Below, one piece after another: positions 1 to 8,874 of a stretch of 64,000 nt of DNA. The notes under the pieces were generated by a model. The model had not been told where the DNA came from, searched no databases, and worked only from the letters and a program-made list of their open reading frames with translations. A program made the position numbers and the translations under genes. This stretch comes from Eutreptiella sp. 'Long Island Sound 2002' (taxonomy: Eukaryota > Protista > Euglenida): positions 196,664,001 through 196,728,000 of the forward strand of contig OZ038378.1 of the NCBI GenBank assembly GCA_964036045.1, written 5' to 3'. Position 1 is the stretch's first letter. Every line of letters begins with the position of its first letter.

Positions 1-897
1 TAGTGCATCAAAAAGTTTGCACAAGTCCTCGTAATGTGCCTCGAAGTACTTCCGGAGCGTTTTTGGTTCCTGCTTTTGCTCAATTGTGAGCTTGCCCGGG
101 TCTATAACTTTCGAACCCGTTGATGACAAGATGTCATCAATATATGGGCGTGACTGCGGACAATTTCTTGTCACATACTGGACCATTTGTTGATAGGCAG
201 CGGGCCCCACCTTGACACCCATGGGAAGAACATTCCATTCGAAAATTCCGAACGGAGTGCAAAAAGCAGTGAGATGTTTGCTTTCTTCCTCGAGGTGCAT
301 CTGATGGAAGCCGTCTTCCAAATCAATGATAGTAAAAATGAAATTGCCTTGTTGGTTGGCAATTTGGTCCTCGATGACAGGCAAGGGGAAACTGTTGCCT
401 TTCAAGCAGGAATTTAGGTGGCGGTAATCAATAACCAAACGCCACTCGTTTTTCCCTGGTTTAGGGACCAGAAACGCTCTAGCCACCCACTGTGGCTGCC
501 CTTTGGCATCTCGAAGCATGCCTCGGTCTTTGAACTTCACAATCTTCTCCCATAACGCCTTTTCGCGTTCACCCACTGCCCGTATAGGCTTATCAGCCCT
601 TGGGCCTGCATGCTCAGGCAAAAGCTCCAATTTGAGCGTAGAATGTGGGCCTCTGGCCTTCTTTGCCTTTTCAGTAACATCCTGGGTGCGTATGGGTCTA
701 AAGACCGTGGCTTCATATCGGTTCATGAACTTCTCCTTCAGTTCTTCACAACCAGCCCAGTCTTCATCAGATTGGATTGCTGAACGGACGTATCGTCTAT
801 AACCTTGCGGCGGACTGTGTCTGGTGGTCTCTGCGGGCCCTAGAGTATTCCTATCCTGCCTAGTAGGGTTAATTACCGGGGGGTGAGTTACCGTGTG
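1..897 (-). CDS. pol: Pol segment 2: reverse transcriptase, 3'-partial (not in the ORF track because it runs off the window)
   Basis: Manual translation gives 299 stop-free codons in frame with segment 1 after the TGA: ...RSAIQSD...QWVARAFLVPKPGKNEWRLVIDYRHLN...DLEDGFHQM...EWNVLPMG...PYIDDIL (YIDD at 144-133). Confidence 0.93.
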
Positions 898-3800
898 TCA
901 CTTCTGCTGGACTGTGGACTCGTCTGATGATGAAAAAATCGGTCCCGGAGATAGTTCCGACTCTGACTGACTGGTATCTCCTTGTTGGGACTTCTTTTGA
1001 GCCTTATGAGCCTGTCTGACTGCCCTACGCCGTGCTTGGCGACTTATCTGCCTGTCTGGCTCATCCGAACTGTCACTGTCGTTGTGACAGTCGTGCAGAA
1101 GCGACTCTACCGATGGCTTGGGGTGTGGGTGTGATGTTGTGGTTTCGCCTTGGTTCGCGACCGCTCCTTCTGTATCGGAAGAGGACGTGAACGGCGACTC
1201 GGACTGTGACTCCTCTGGAGTCCACCCTAACGCATCTACTAATACCACCCGATAATCCCTATCTGCTGAGCATACTTTACCATACTTATCGACGAATAGT
1301 GGCTCACCTCTAGGCACCTCTATCCAATCTACCACTACCTCGCTCAGGGACCACCACCAATCCCTATCCTTACACGTAGGTACTATGGCTATGCCTTGGC
1401 CTTGTTCGAATTTCAATTTTTGGACCGTTTGCTCCCACAACTCATCCGGCGGATGTAGCCAGAGGTTTTCCCCTGACCAAGGCTGTGAGAGCCCGTCCTT
1501 GGTCTTATCCCAAAATTTGGGAAACCTGGCCAGGCGTTTACTACTAAACACGTCCGTGAAATCCTTGAAATGACCATCTGCCACCAGTGACTTGGCCCAC
1601 CGCTCGATGCGGTAAACTACGTCCTGTCGTACAGCCAAATCATCCCTATCCTCACGCCACTTTTGGCGGGCTTTACGTCTGGCTGACGCTCTGATTTGTA
1701 TCACGGTGCCTCGGCCCTTTTGGACCATAGTTGAGGACTTTGGGACGCCTCGGCTCTTTGATAGCGCATTTGTCTTCAAAACTTCGCTGGTGGAGACATC
1801 CAAACTGGGCCATGGTCCCGTTTCGGACTCAGATTGCTCCGAATCCGCCCACAGATCCAAGTCTGTAAACACCAGACCATCACACGCTACCGCCCTCAAC
1901 TCGGTATGCTCCTGAGCTGATTTTATACGAGCCTCACCCCAACCCGAAAGGGCTGGCCGAGGGATGGGCTCCGTGGCTAGGCTGGATGGCGCATCCAGTC
2001 CGGTAAGCGTGCCACCTGTGGTTTCAACCTCTACCAACTCCGGTCCAGTACCGGTAAACTCCGCATGTACGTCTGCGAGTAACGTGGAGGACCCAATATC
2101 CATATCATCACCCTTAACCGCTTCCGGCCGCCTTACCGGAATCAGGGCCTGGGTCTCCTGTACAGGTACCGGAGGATAACTATCCGTACCCACTAGACTG
2201 CCTCCGTCGGCTGAATCTACCCTACTGGGGATTCCTGGTCTATGAGGGAAGGCTGATACTAAGCATTTCGTCAAGCTACATACCAACCCCAACGCCTGGT
2301 GCACTGCAGAACCAATCTCTGGAGATTCCGGAGATCCCTGACTAGAGGGAACGTTGTATGCGGCCAATAAGCTGGAAATATAAGCGCATAACAGGAGGCA
2401 TTTCTCCCGCGCGCAAGTGAATGATTGCTTAGTTTGCGTAACGCCTGAAATATGTGCTCCTTCGGGTTGGGAGGGGGGGTGTGGCTTACCCGGGGAGGGG
2501 ATTACCTGATTACCTGGTATGTCTGTGGAACCGAAACCTCGCGAACCGCGTTCTGTGACTTGAAGTTCGGTTACCTCTTGAATCTCTGGAGTTAGATGAA
2601 GTTCGAGGGTTAATTGAGCGATCTTGTCTCCGATCCTTACCGTATGACCCTCGGAGTTCATATTAGTGAGTAATACGTCTACCTCGCCGGTGTAATCCGT
2701 GTCTATGACCCCGGCTCCGGTTCTGAGGAAGAGCTTAGCCGCGTTCCCTGACCTGTCTTGGACTTTGCCGTAAGTAAGTATGGGTGTTGTGAAGGCTAGT
2801 CCTGTGGGTACTCGTTTTTGACCCCGTGGCGGAATCTCGACTTCGACTGCGGCGTATAAGTCGTAACCCGCCGAGCCGAGAGTACCTTTGGTAGGTAAAA
2901 CGGACTCAGGCCTGAGCCGTTTCACCTGAAAGGGATGAGAAGAGATGTGTGTGGAGACTAACTCCATGAGGGAAGGAAACATACATGAAGAAGAGAAAGG
3001 TACGGAGGGGGAAAGGGAAGAAGTAATAGGTATAATATCTTGACTGGGTATGGTAGGGGTTTCTGGACGATATGGTTGTATGGGTAGAGAAGCGCGCCGC
3101 TTAGAGCGTGTGTAGTTGGCTTTTAGACTGTTGACGCCTAATGCTGCGCGTACTAAGCGTGCTTGCTCCTCCCCGTCGATGTCCGCGGGGAATACTGGGT
3201 TGACGGCCCGTCGTACCCCCTTCCTATGCTGTTGAATACCCCTACGTGCCCAATCAGGCACTGACTCGCCTGTGGCACTCTCGTGACAAAATATACAAAG
3301 ACCTGTAGTGCTAAGCTGAGAATCCCCTTGGAACACTAAGTGTGTTGGACGCCAGCACCTGGGCTGCATACACTCGGTCTGAACATAGCTAAGCGTCTCA
3401 CTGTTGAAGCTAACCGACGGAGTATCCCCAGATTCTGACGTCTTACCGGCTCTAGTGCGACCATCCTCATACTTAGAAGCCACCAAGCATGGATGCAACG
3501 GGACGTTCGAAGGGACCCATTTAAATACCCTTCTGGCTGCTTGGCCATAATGGGCCTCAATTTGGGCTCCGTCTACTCCCACTTCATCGGACAAGCCATG
3601 CTGGCCTTGCTTGCCATGCTGATATGCTGGCTTCCTATGCTTCAGAAAAATACCTACACTGACTAGGGTCTCCTTTCCGGGCACTACCGCTAACCCGTAC
3701 CTCAAAAGGAATGGAAACCCAATTATCAGCCTAGGTCCTATAGCGGCTACATGTATGAAGACTTGAACACACTTGTATACCTGCAACCCGTCAGGAGTCT

Positions 3801-4269
3801 CGGCCAATACCCGTACGGTGGCGATGACACCCTTACGGCCTCCTGACAGGGGTTTCCTGCCAACAGTAATGAGCTGCACAGGATTTGGTGCATCCAAAAG
3901 AGCCTCTTGTGGAAAAAGCTCTTCTCCAGCTAGGACCTCAATCTGGGCCCCAGTGTCAACCAAGGCCGGATGTTGTTTTTCGGGCAGATTGAGCTTGTCA
4001 CTGAGCTGGATACCTGCCGGGATCACCAACTCGATGATTTTGTTGGTGGACTTATTTTTAGACTTCACAGGATACCGGAGGACCTCGGTATCAGCCTCGT
4101 CCAATCCCACCGGCGAGATATGGACATTGTGCTTGGAAAGCACCGCACACATCTGGACAGCCCGCACTGTAGGCTTGTGACGACCCCGTTTGGTGGCCGT
4201 TGACGTGGGGCGTGGCTCCCGGGCGCTCCTGCCACAGCTGGGCTGTGACTTTGGTAGCGTGCCAGGCCC
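898..4269 (-). CDS. pol: Pol segment 1: aspartic protease, dUTPase and Dam-like adenine methyltransferase domain; same frame as gag
   Basis: My translation is stop-free from 4269 to TGA 900-898. LVDTGA has D at 3957-3955. dUTPase at ~2521-2930 has all five motifs (GSAGYDL, DRSG, GVIDTDYTGEV, IAQL, RGSRGFGST). MTase-like domain at ~1200-1620 (DVFSS...PWSGENLWLHPPD...IAIVP..W). Confidence 0.88.
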   Translation of the reverse strand, partial: GPGTLPKSQPSCGRSAREPRPTSTATKRGRHKPTVRAVQMCAVLSKHNVHISPVGLDEADTEVLRYPVKSKNKSTNKIIELVIPAGIQLSDKLNLPEKQHPALVDTGAQIEVLAGEELFPQEALLDAPNPVQLITVGRKPLSGGRKGVIATVRVLAETPDGLQVYKCVQVFIHVAAIGPRLIIGFPFLLRYGLAVVPGKETLVSVGIFLKHRKPAYQHGKQGQHGLSDEVGVDGAQIEAHYGQAARRVFKWVPSNVPLHPCLVASKYEDGRTRAGKTSESGDTPSVSFNSETLSYVQTECMQPRCWRPTHLVFQGDSQLSTTGLCIFCHESATGESVPDWARRGIQQHRKGVRRAVNPVFPADIDGEEQARLVRAALGVNSLKANYTRSKRRASLPIQPYRPETPTIPSQDIIPITSSLSPSVPFSSSCMFPSLMELVSTHISSHPFQVKRLRPESVLPTKGTLGSAGYDLYAAVEVEIPPRGQKRVPTGLAFTTPILTYGKVQDRSGNAAKLFLRTGAGVIDTDYTGEVDVLLTNMNSEGHTVRIGDKIAQLTLELHLTPEIQEVTELQVTERGSRGFGSTDIPGNQVIPSPGKPHPPSQPEGAHISGVTQTKQSFTCAREKCLLLCAYISSLLAAYNVPSSQGSPESPEIGSAVHQALGLVCSLTKCLVSAFPHRPGIPSRVDSADGGSLVGTDSYPPVPVQETQALIPVRRPEAVKGDDMDIGSSTLLADVHAEFTGTGPELVEVETTGGTLTGLDAPSSLATEPIPRPALSGWGEARIKSAQEHTELRAVACDGLVFTDLDLWADSEQSESETGPWPSLDVSTSEVLKTNALSKSRGVPKSSTMVQKGRGTVIQIRASARRKARQKWREDRDDLAVRQDVVYRIERWAKSLVADGHFKDFTDVFSSKRLARFPKFWDKTKDGLSQPWSGENLWLHPPDELWEQTVQKLKFEQGQGIAIVPTCKDRDWWWSLSEVVVDWIEVPRGEPLFVDKYGKVCSADRDYRVVLVDALGWTPEESQSESPFTSSSDTEGAVANQGETTTSHPHPKPSVESLLHDCHNDSDSSDEPDRQISRQARRRAVRQAHKAQKKSQQGDTSQSESELSPGPIFSSSDESTVQQK

Positions 4270-7200
4270 CTACTGCGTTTTGCTTGTGCGTCGGTGTTGG
4301 TCACCTCGGCCGGGTGACCGTGACTTGGACCGGTCCTTGTGGGGTTCGTAAGACCGCCGTTGGGATCCATTAGATCCAGGACGCCCGTTCCCGGACCCTT
4401 CTCTGGACCTCGGACGGTCATTTCCGTCCCTAGGCCTCCCCTTGGAATTGGACCTTTGGTCCCCGCCAGGATGTTTACCTTGTGAAAGGCTCCTGCTGCG
4501 GGGTTGCTCCTTTGACCGGCTCCGCTCCCGACACTCTGAAGCCCAATGGCCTTTCTTACCACATTTGCGGCAAATGTCATCGGGTTTGGCTTTCGACCCG
4601 GATCTGGAGCGGTGCTCCTGCTTCTGGTCCTTGCCTTTCTTCCTCTCGGGGCAATCCCTATGGTAGTGGCCCCTTTGACCACAAATTCGGCAGTTTTCTC
4701 TTTCGTGGCGGGATTTCTGCATGTGCTCACTCCTGCCGCTCTGTCTGCTCACTGTAGTGGCAAACGAGGATGTACTGGTCACGCTGTCTCGTCCGCCAGC
4801 AGGACTTTTATGACCTCCGGAGGAGGATCCATGACTCTTTCCGCCACCGCTACGACGGTAATCGTCCCGGCTGCGGCTGTGGTGTCTATCTCCGCCAGAT
4901 CCGCCTTTGTGGTCCCCAAAGGCCCGAACCTTTTTAGTTTCTGCCCCTTGGCAAGAGAGGATATGCTCCTCTTTTCGCTCCTTGTATTCCCTGGTCTGGA
5001 TAAAGGGCAATACCAACAAGAATATCTCGAGATAATTGAGCTCAACTCCACCATAATCAGCTTGGACAGAATATATCTTGTGATATGCTCTTTGGGCATC
5101 CTTATCTTGGGGAACTTGTTTGCAATGCTCCTTGAGAAGCGTCATCATTACTGTGGTTGCCTCAGGGATGGTAACCCCATAAGGAATGCCAGCGCCTTCC
5201 TCGATCCAATCTGCCATCCAGTCAGTCCATATCCTGGAGGTCAAAACAACGTCTGGAATGGTGCGCTTACGCCACACCGTCTCAGGACGATTAATGTCAC
5301 CCATGACACGTCCGGCAACGTAGCGCCAGAGCTCATCTGTTGACATATCTTCGCGATGGTATGCCTTATAGATTCTGTCCTGCTCGCCCTTGTTGTTGAC
5401 CGCGGCAATGAGGATATTGGCCTGTTGCTTGTCATCAAACCGGAAGGCATGGTCCTTCCTCCAACGGAGCATTTTCTGCGACCAATCCTCAAGGGTTTTT
5501 TGATCCCCGTCCCAAAGGGGAACCTTGGCGGTCTTCTCGAGAGCTTCTCTGATCGTTGGGTCTAGCCAAGAGTTTTTATGCTCCCCAAAGCATCTCTCAC
5601 TTGCGGCCGCCACCGCGTCCAGTGGGACCCTTTTGAAGTCCTTGAACTTCAGGGGAGGTCTGGCTTCCCGGAAAGCCATGTCACCTGCTATGCCGGTGGG
5701 CTGAATCTTGTTCTTTCCAGGCAAGATCTCGTCTTGTTCCGCCCCGAGCCCATCCGCCATTTTGTTGGCTCTGTAGGCCTTACCTGGCGCAAAGTATGCC
5801 CCATTCATGTAAGGGGCTATCTGGAACCACCTAACATCACCTCGGACCCCGTGGCATCCCGGCAGTGGACCCCACGGGCCTTTCTTCCACCAAGCTGGTG
5901 GTGATGGAAGATCCCCGAGATCATCATGCAGGTGTTCAGAATCCCTACGCCTAAGAAGCCTAGACCGGCCGCTTCGGTCACTCTCAAGGCTTTCCCTACG
6001 CCTAGTCCGCCAATGCGGTACATCATGCCTAGGCCTATCCCTAGAGCGTGACCTACGAGACCCGTCAGACCTCTCTGACCGTCGGTCGTCGTACCAGGGA
6101 CCTGTTTCCCCGCCTGTTCGGCGACTTGTGGGCTGCGGGTTGGCCCGAGAGTCACGAGGACCCTCCGAACGACTATTTTGCTGTCGTTCTGGCTCATTTT
6201 GAGCCCCTTTTTTCTCCATGTCTCGCAATGTTTCAAGGTATAAATCCAGGTCATGATTTTGCATCTCAAGCTGCTCCCAGATGCGAGTGAGCTGATCGCT
6301 ATGAGCTCGGATGTCTAGGTCCAGGTCACCCAGTCTCGGACCTCCATTTTCGGGTGACCCCAATTTCCCAAGCAATGACACTTCAAAGTCCTGAACTCTC
6401 GCGCTCACAGACGCAAACTTGTCTGTGGCCATGTCAGCAACATTGTTGATTGCCAGTTGCAGGGCATTATTCATCTCCTTCATTTGGGGGTTCAAGAGTT
6501 CAATTTGAACCTGCAGCTCCGGAGTGAATTGTGCCGTACATGTGTGTGATGACGGACCTGCAACTTGAGTGTCTACCCTAGACATTCCGGCGGCGGCTTG
6601 GGCTGCAGCCACAGCATTTTCATGTGCCGCAGTTTGGCTTCCGAGTGCCTCCTGGGTACTCCGCATGGCATTTCCGGCATGCAAACGACATGCCTCAGCC
6701 ATATCCTGGACTTTGCGAATTTCTGCCTCCAAGTGAGGCACCGAGCCACCACTCCCTGGCGGAGGAGGGGCCGATGGGCCACTACTTTGGCTGGTTTTCA
6801 GCTTGTCCAAAGCGGCATAAGTTTCCTTGGTGCATTTTGCTGCCAATTCTTCGAAAAATTTGATTCTCTGGTCAACTAGACCAGAGGTGCCCTGGATTGT
6901 CAGGACTGCCGCCTCGGACCGACCCACCGCGTCCTCAATTTCGGGACGAGCTCTATCCAGCATGGTCTCGGTTGCCAGCTGGATTCTTTGTGCCCCTTGG
7001 GCCTCAACTTGAGCCCTGTTAGCCTCGCTTTTGGCCCCGTTGGCCTCATTTTGGGCCTCGAGGATGCACTGTTGTGCAGATTGCAGAATTTCTGCAAATT
7101 GTGAGTTTTGACCCGCATTTTCCGACGTTTTCGCCACAATCGGTGGAAAAGACTTCTCGGAGTCCGATGCTAGCGCCTCTACTCGTACCCTAGTGACTGA

Positions 7201-8856
7201 AGACTCGTGACATATCTCCTCGACGCGACGTTTTACCTCTAAAACCTCACGCCTGACATCACCCTGGACTTTTTGGACTGCCCTTTCGACCTCACCCACC
7301 TGGTTCTGGGCACTCGCGCGCGCTTCGTTTGCTTGGTCGGCGGCGGCTCGTGCCGCCAACGCCTCAGTTCGCGCGGCTTGCGCCTCGCGGATGGCGTCGT
7401 TGACGAGCTGCTCGAGTTCGTCGTTGCGCCGCCTTGCCCGCGCCGCGTCCTCCTTGGCTTGCTGCGCCGCCGCCGCGGTTTGCTGCAGCTCCTGCTGGAG
7501 CCGCGTCACCGCGGTGTCGTTGGTCTCGGTGGCGCGGGCGGCGGTCGCCTCGGCGCGTCGGGCTGCGGCTGCGGCCTCCTCGATGTTTTCGTTCGCGCGG
7601 GCGGCGGTCGCCTCGGCGCGTCGTGCTGCCGCTGCAGCCTCCTCGGCGTTGGTGGCGGCGGCTTGGGCGCTTGCGGCGGCTCGGTTGGCCGCTTGCGTCG
7701 CCCCCGCGGCCTCGGCGGCGGCGGCGGACGCCTTCGCCCGGGCACCCTCGGCGGTTGCCGTCGCGGCGTCGGCCTTTTGGGCGCCTCCGTCGGCGGCTCG
7801 TCGTACTGACTCAATCTCCACCTGGAGAGAGTCCAGCACGGCCCGCGTTCCACGCAGGACTTCGCCCGCCTGCACGGCGGAGCGCACGTCGTTGGCGATG
7901 GACTTCACCTCGTGCTGCAACGCGGTCACGGCGACGGAGCTGGCTGCGAGGTGTTGCGGGGCCGGACGTTCGTCAAAGGTGATCTCGAGGGCCTCCACGC
8001 GGTTTTGCAGCCCACCGATGGCTGCACTGTGGGCCGCGGTGTCCTGTTGGCGCGCCCGGGCCTGGGCGTCGGCGCTTTTGTGCGCCGCCGTTGCCCTTGC
8101 GCTCGCGCCCGCGGCCTTGGCTGCCGCTTGCTCGGCCGCCGTGGCAGCCCGGGTCGCCTCGTCGTGCGCCCCGGCTGCTGTTTTCTCTGTTTCGGTCACC
8201 CGGTTTACCGCGCGCTCTGTTGTTTCTTCTAACTCACGCACACGACGAGCGGACCGAGAGACTTGACCCCTAAGGCGTGTGAAGGCGACACCTAAACCAT
8301 TGACGTCCGCCCTAATACCGCCTAAGACTCCGTCCTCATTTTGAGGTTTTTCCACCGAAAATACGGCACTAGATGCCATGGGATCCTCTTGCTCACGGCC
8401 CTCAGATGGTCCCAATGGATCTGGGGAGGGGCCTTCTTGAGCCTTCCCAATGTGCCGAATGACCCTCTTCACAAGGGCTTTAAATGTCTGAGGTGGCATA
8501 AAAGAGCTCACCTCAGGGGTCCCATCCTCTGTCCTAAGGCGCTTACCGGACCTAGTGGCTATACCACTATAGACCTCTATGTCATCCTTGGTCCCCTTAC
8601 CCTTATCTTGACCGTAACTTATCCTACGGGACAAGGGAGGAGAGGAAGGAGAGGACCGAGACCTTCCCTTGTGTCTTGGGGCTGAGGCGGACTGGGGGGA
8701 GTGCTTCCCAAGCTTCCGTAAGATTGGGGGGGAAACTTTGGGGTGGCGAATTGATTCGATGCCACCAGCATCCTCCAGTCCAGCCCCAAGAAGGGAACCA
8801 GAACTGCTACCAAGTAATACGGTTGGTGGTGACCGTATTATTTCCTCGGTATCCAT
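4270..8856 (-). CDS. gag: Gag polyprotein (~1528 aa): long Ala/Glu-rich coiled coil, capsid-like region, two CCHC zinc knuckles
   Basis: ORF 4270..8874, with first ATG (MDTEE) at 8856. Capsid-like PLWDGDQKTLEDW; knuckles CRICGQRGHYHRDC and CRKCGKKGHWASEC. Ends in TAG at 4272-4270. Confidence 0.9.
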   Translation of the reverse strand: MDTEEIIRSPPTVLLGSSSGSLLGAGLEDAGGIESIRHPKVSPPILRKLGKHSPQSASAPRHKGRSRSSPSSPPLSRRISYGQDKGKGTKDDIEVYSGIATRSGKRLRTEDGTPEVSSFMPPQTFKALVKRVIRHIGKAQEGPSPDPLGPSEGREQEDPMASSAVFSVEKPQNEDGVLGGIRADVNGLGVAFTRLRGQVSRSARRVRELEETTERAVNRVTETEKTAAGAHDEATRAATAAEQAAAKAAGASARATAAHKSADAQARARQQDTAAHSAAIGGLQNRVEALEITFDERPAPQHLAASSVAVTALQHEVKSIANDVRSAVQAGEVLRGTRAVLDSLQVEIESVRRAADGGAQKADAATATAEGARAKASAAAAEAAGATQAANRAAASAQAAATNAEEAAAAARRAEATAARANENIEEAAAAARRAEATAARATETNDTAVTRLQQELQQTAAAAQQAKEDAARARRRNDELEQLVNDAIREAQAARTEALAARAAADQANEARASAQNQVGEVERAVQKVQGDVRREVLEVKRRVEEICHESSVTRVRVEALASDSEKSFPPIVAKTSENAGQNSQFAEILQSAQQCILEAQNEANGAKSEANRAQVEAQGAQRIQLATETMLDRARPEIEDAVGRSEAAVLTIQGTSGLVDQRIKFFEELAAKCTKETYAALDKLKTSQSSGPSAPPPPGSGGSVPHLEAEIRKVQDMAEACRLHAGNAMRSTQEALGSQTAAHENAVAAAQAAAGMSRVDTQVAGPSSHTCTAQFTPELQVQIELLNPQMKEMNNALQLAINNVADMATDKFASVSARVQDFEVSLLGKLGSPENGGPRLGDLDLDIRAHSDQLTRIWEQLEMQNHDLDLYLETLRDMEKKGAQNEPERQQNSRSEGPRDSRANPQPTSRRTGGETGPWYDDRRSERSDGSRRSRSRDRPRHDVPHWRTRRRESLESDRSGRSRLLRRRDSEHLHDDLGDLPSPPAWWKKGPWGPLPGCHGVRGDVRWFQIAPYMNGAYFAPGKAYRANKMADGLGAEQDEILPGKNKIQPTGIAGDMAFREARPPLKFKDFKRVPLDAVAAASERCFGEHKNSWLDPTIREALEKTAKVPLWDGDQKTLEDWSQKMLRWRKDHAFRFDDKQQANILIAAVNNKGEQDRIYKAYHREDMSTDELWRYVAGRVMGDINRPETVWRKRTIPDVVLTSRIWTDWMADWIEEGAGIPYGVTIPEATTVMMTLLKEHCKQVPQDKDAQRAYHKIYSVQADYGGVELNYLEIFLLVLPFIQTREYKERKEEHILSCQGAETKKVRAFGDHKGGSGGDRHHSRSRDDYRRSGGGKSHGSSSGGHKSPAGGRDSVTSTSSFATTVSRQSGRSEHMQKSRHERENCRICGQRGHYHRDCPERKKGKDQKQEHRSRSGSKAKPDDICRKCGKKGHWASECRERSRSKEQPRSRSLSQGKHPGGDQRSNSKGRPRDGNDRPRSREGSGNGRPGSNGSQRRSYEPHKDRSKSRSPGRGDQHRRTSKTQ

Positions 8857-8874
8857 TTCAGAAAAATAAAACAA

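Noticed and set aside
898-900. UGA/UAG reassigned as sense codons in this organism
   Set aside because: Host genes here end normally in TGA (45540-45542) and TAA, and no in-frame stops occur within host exons.
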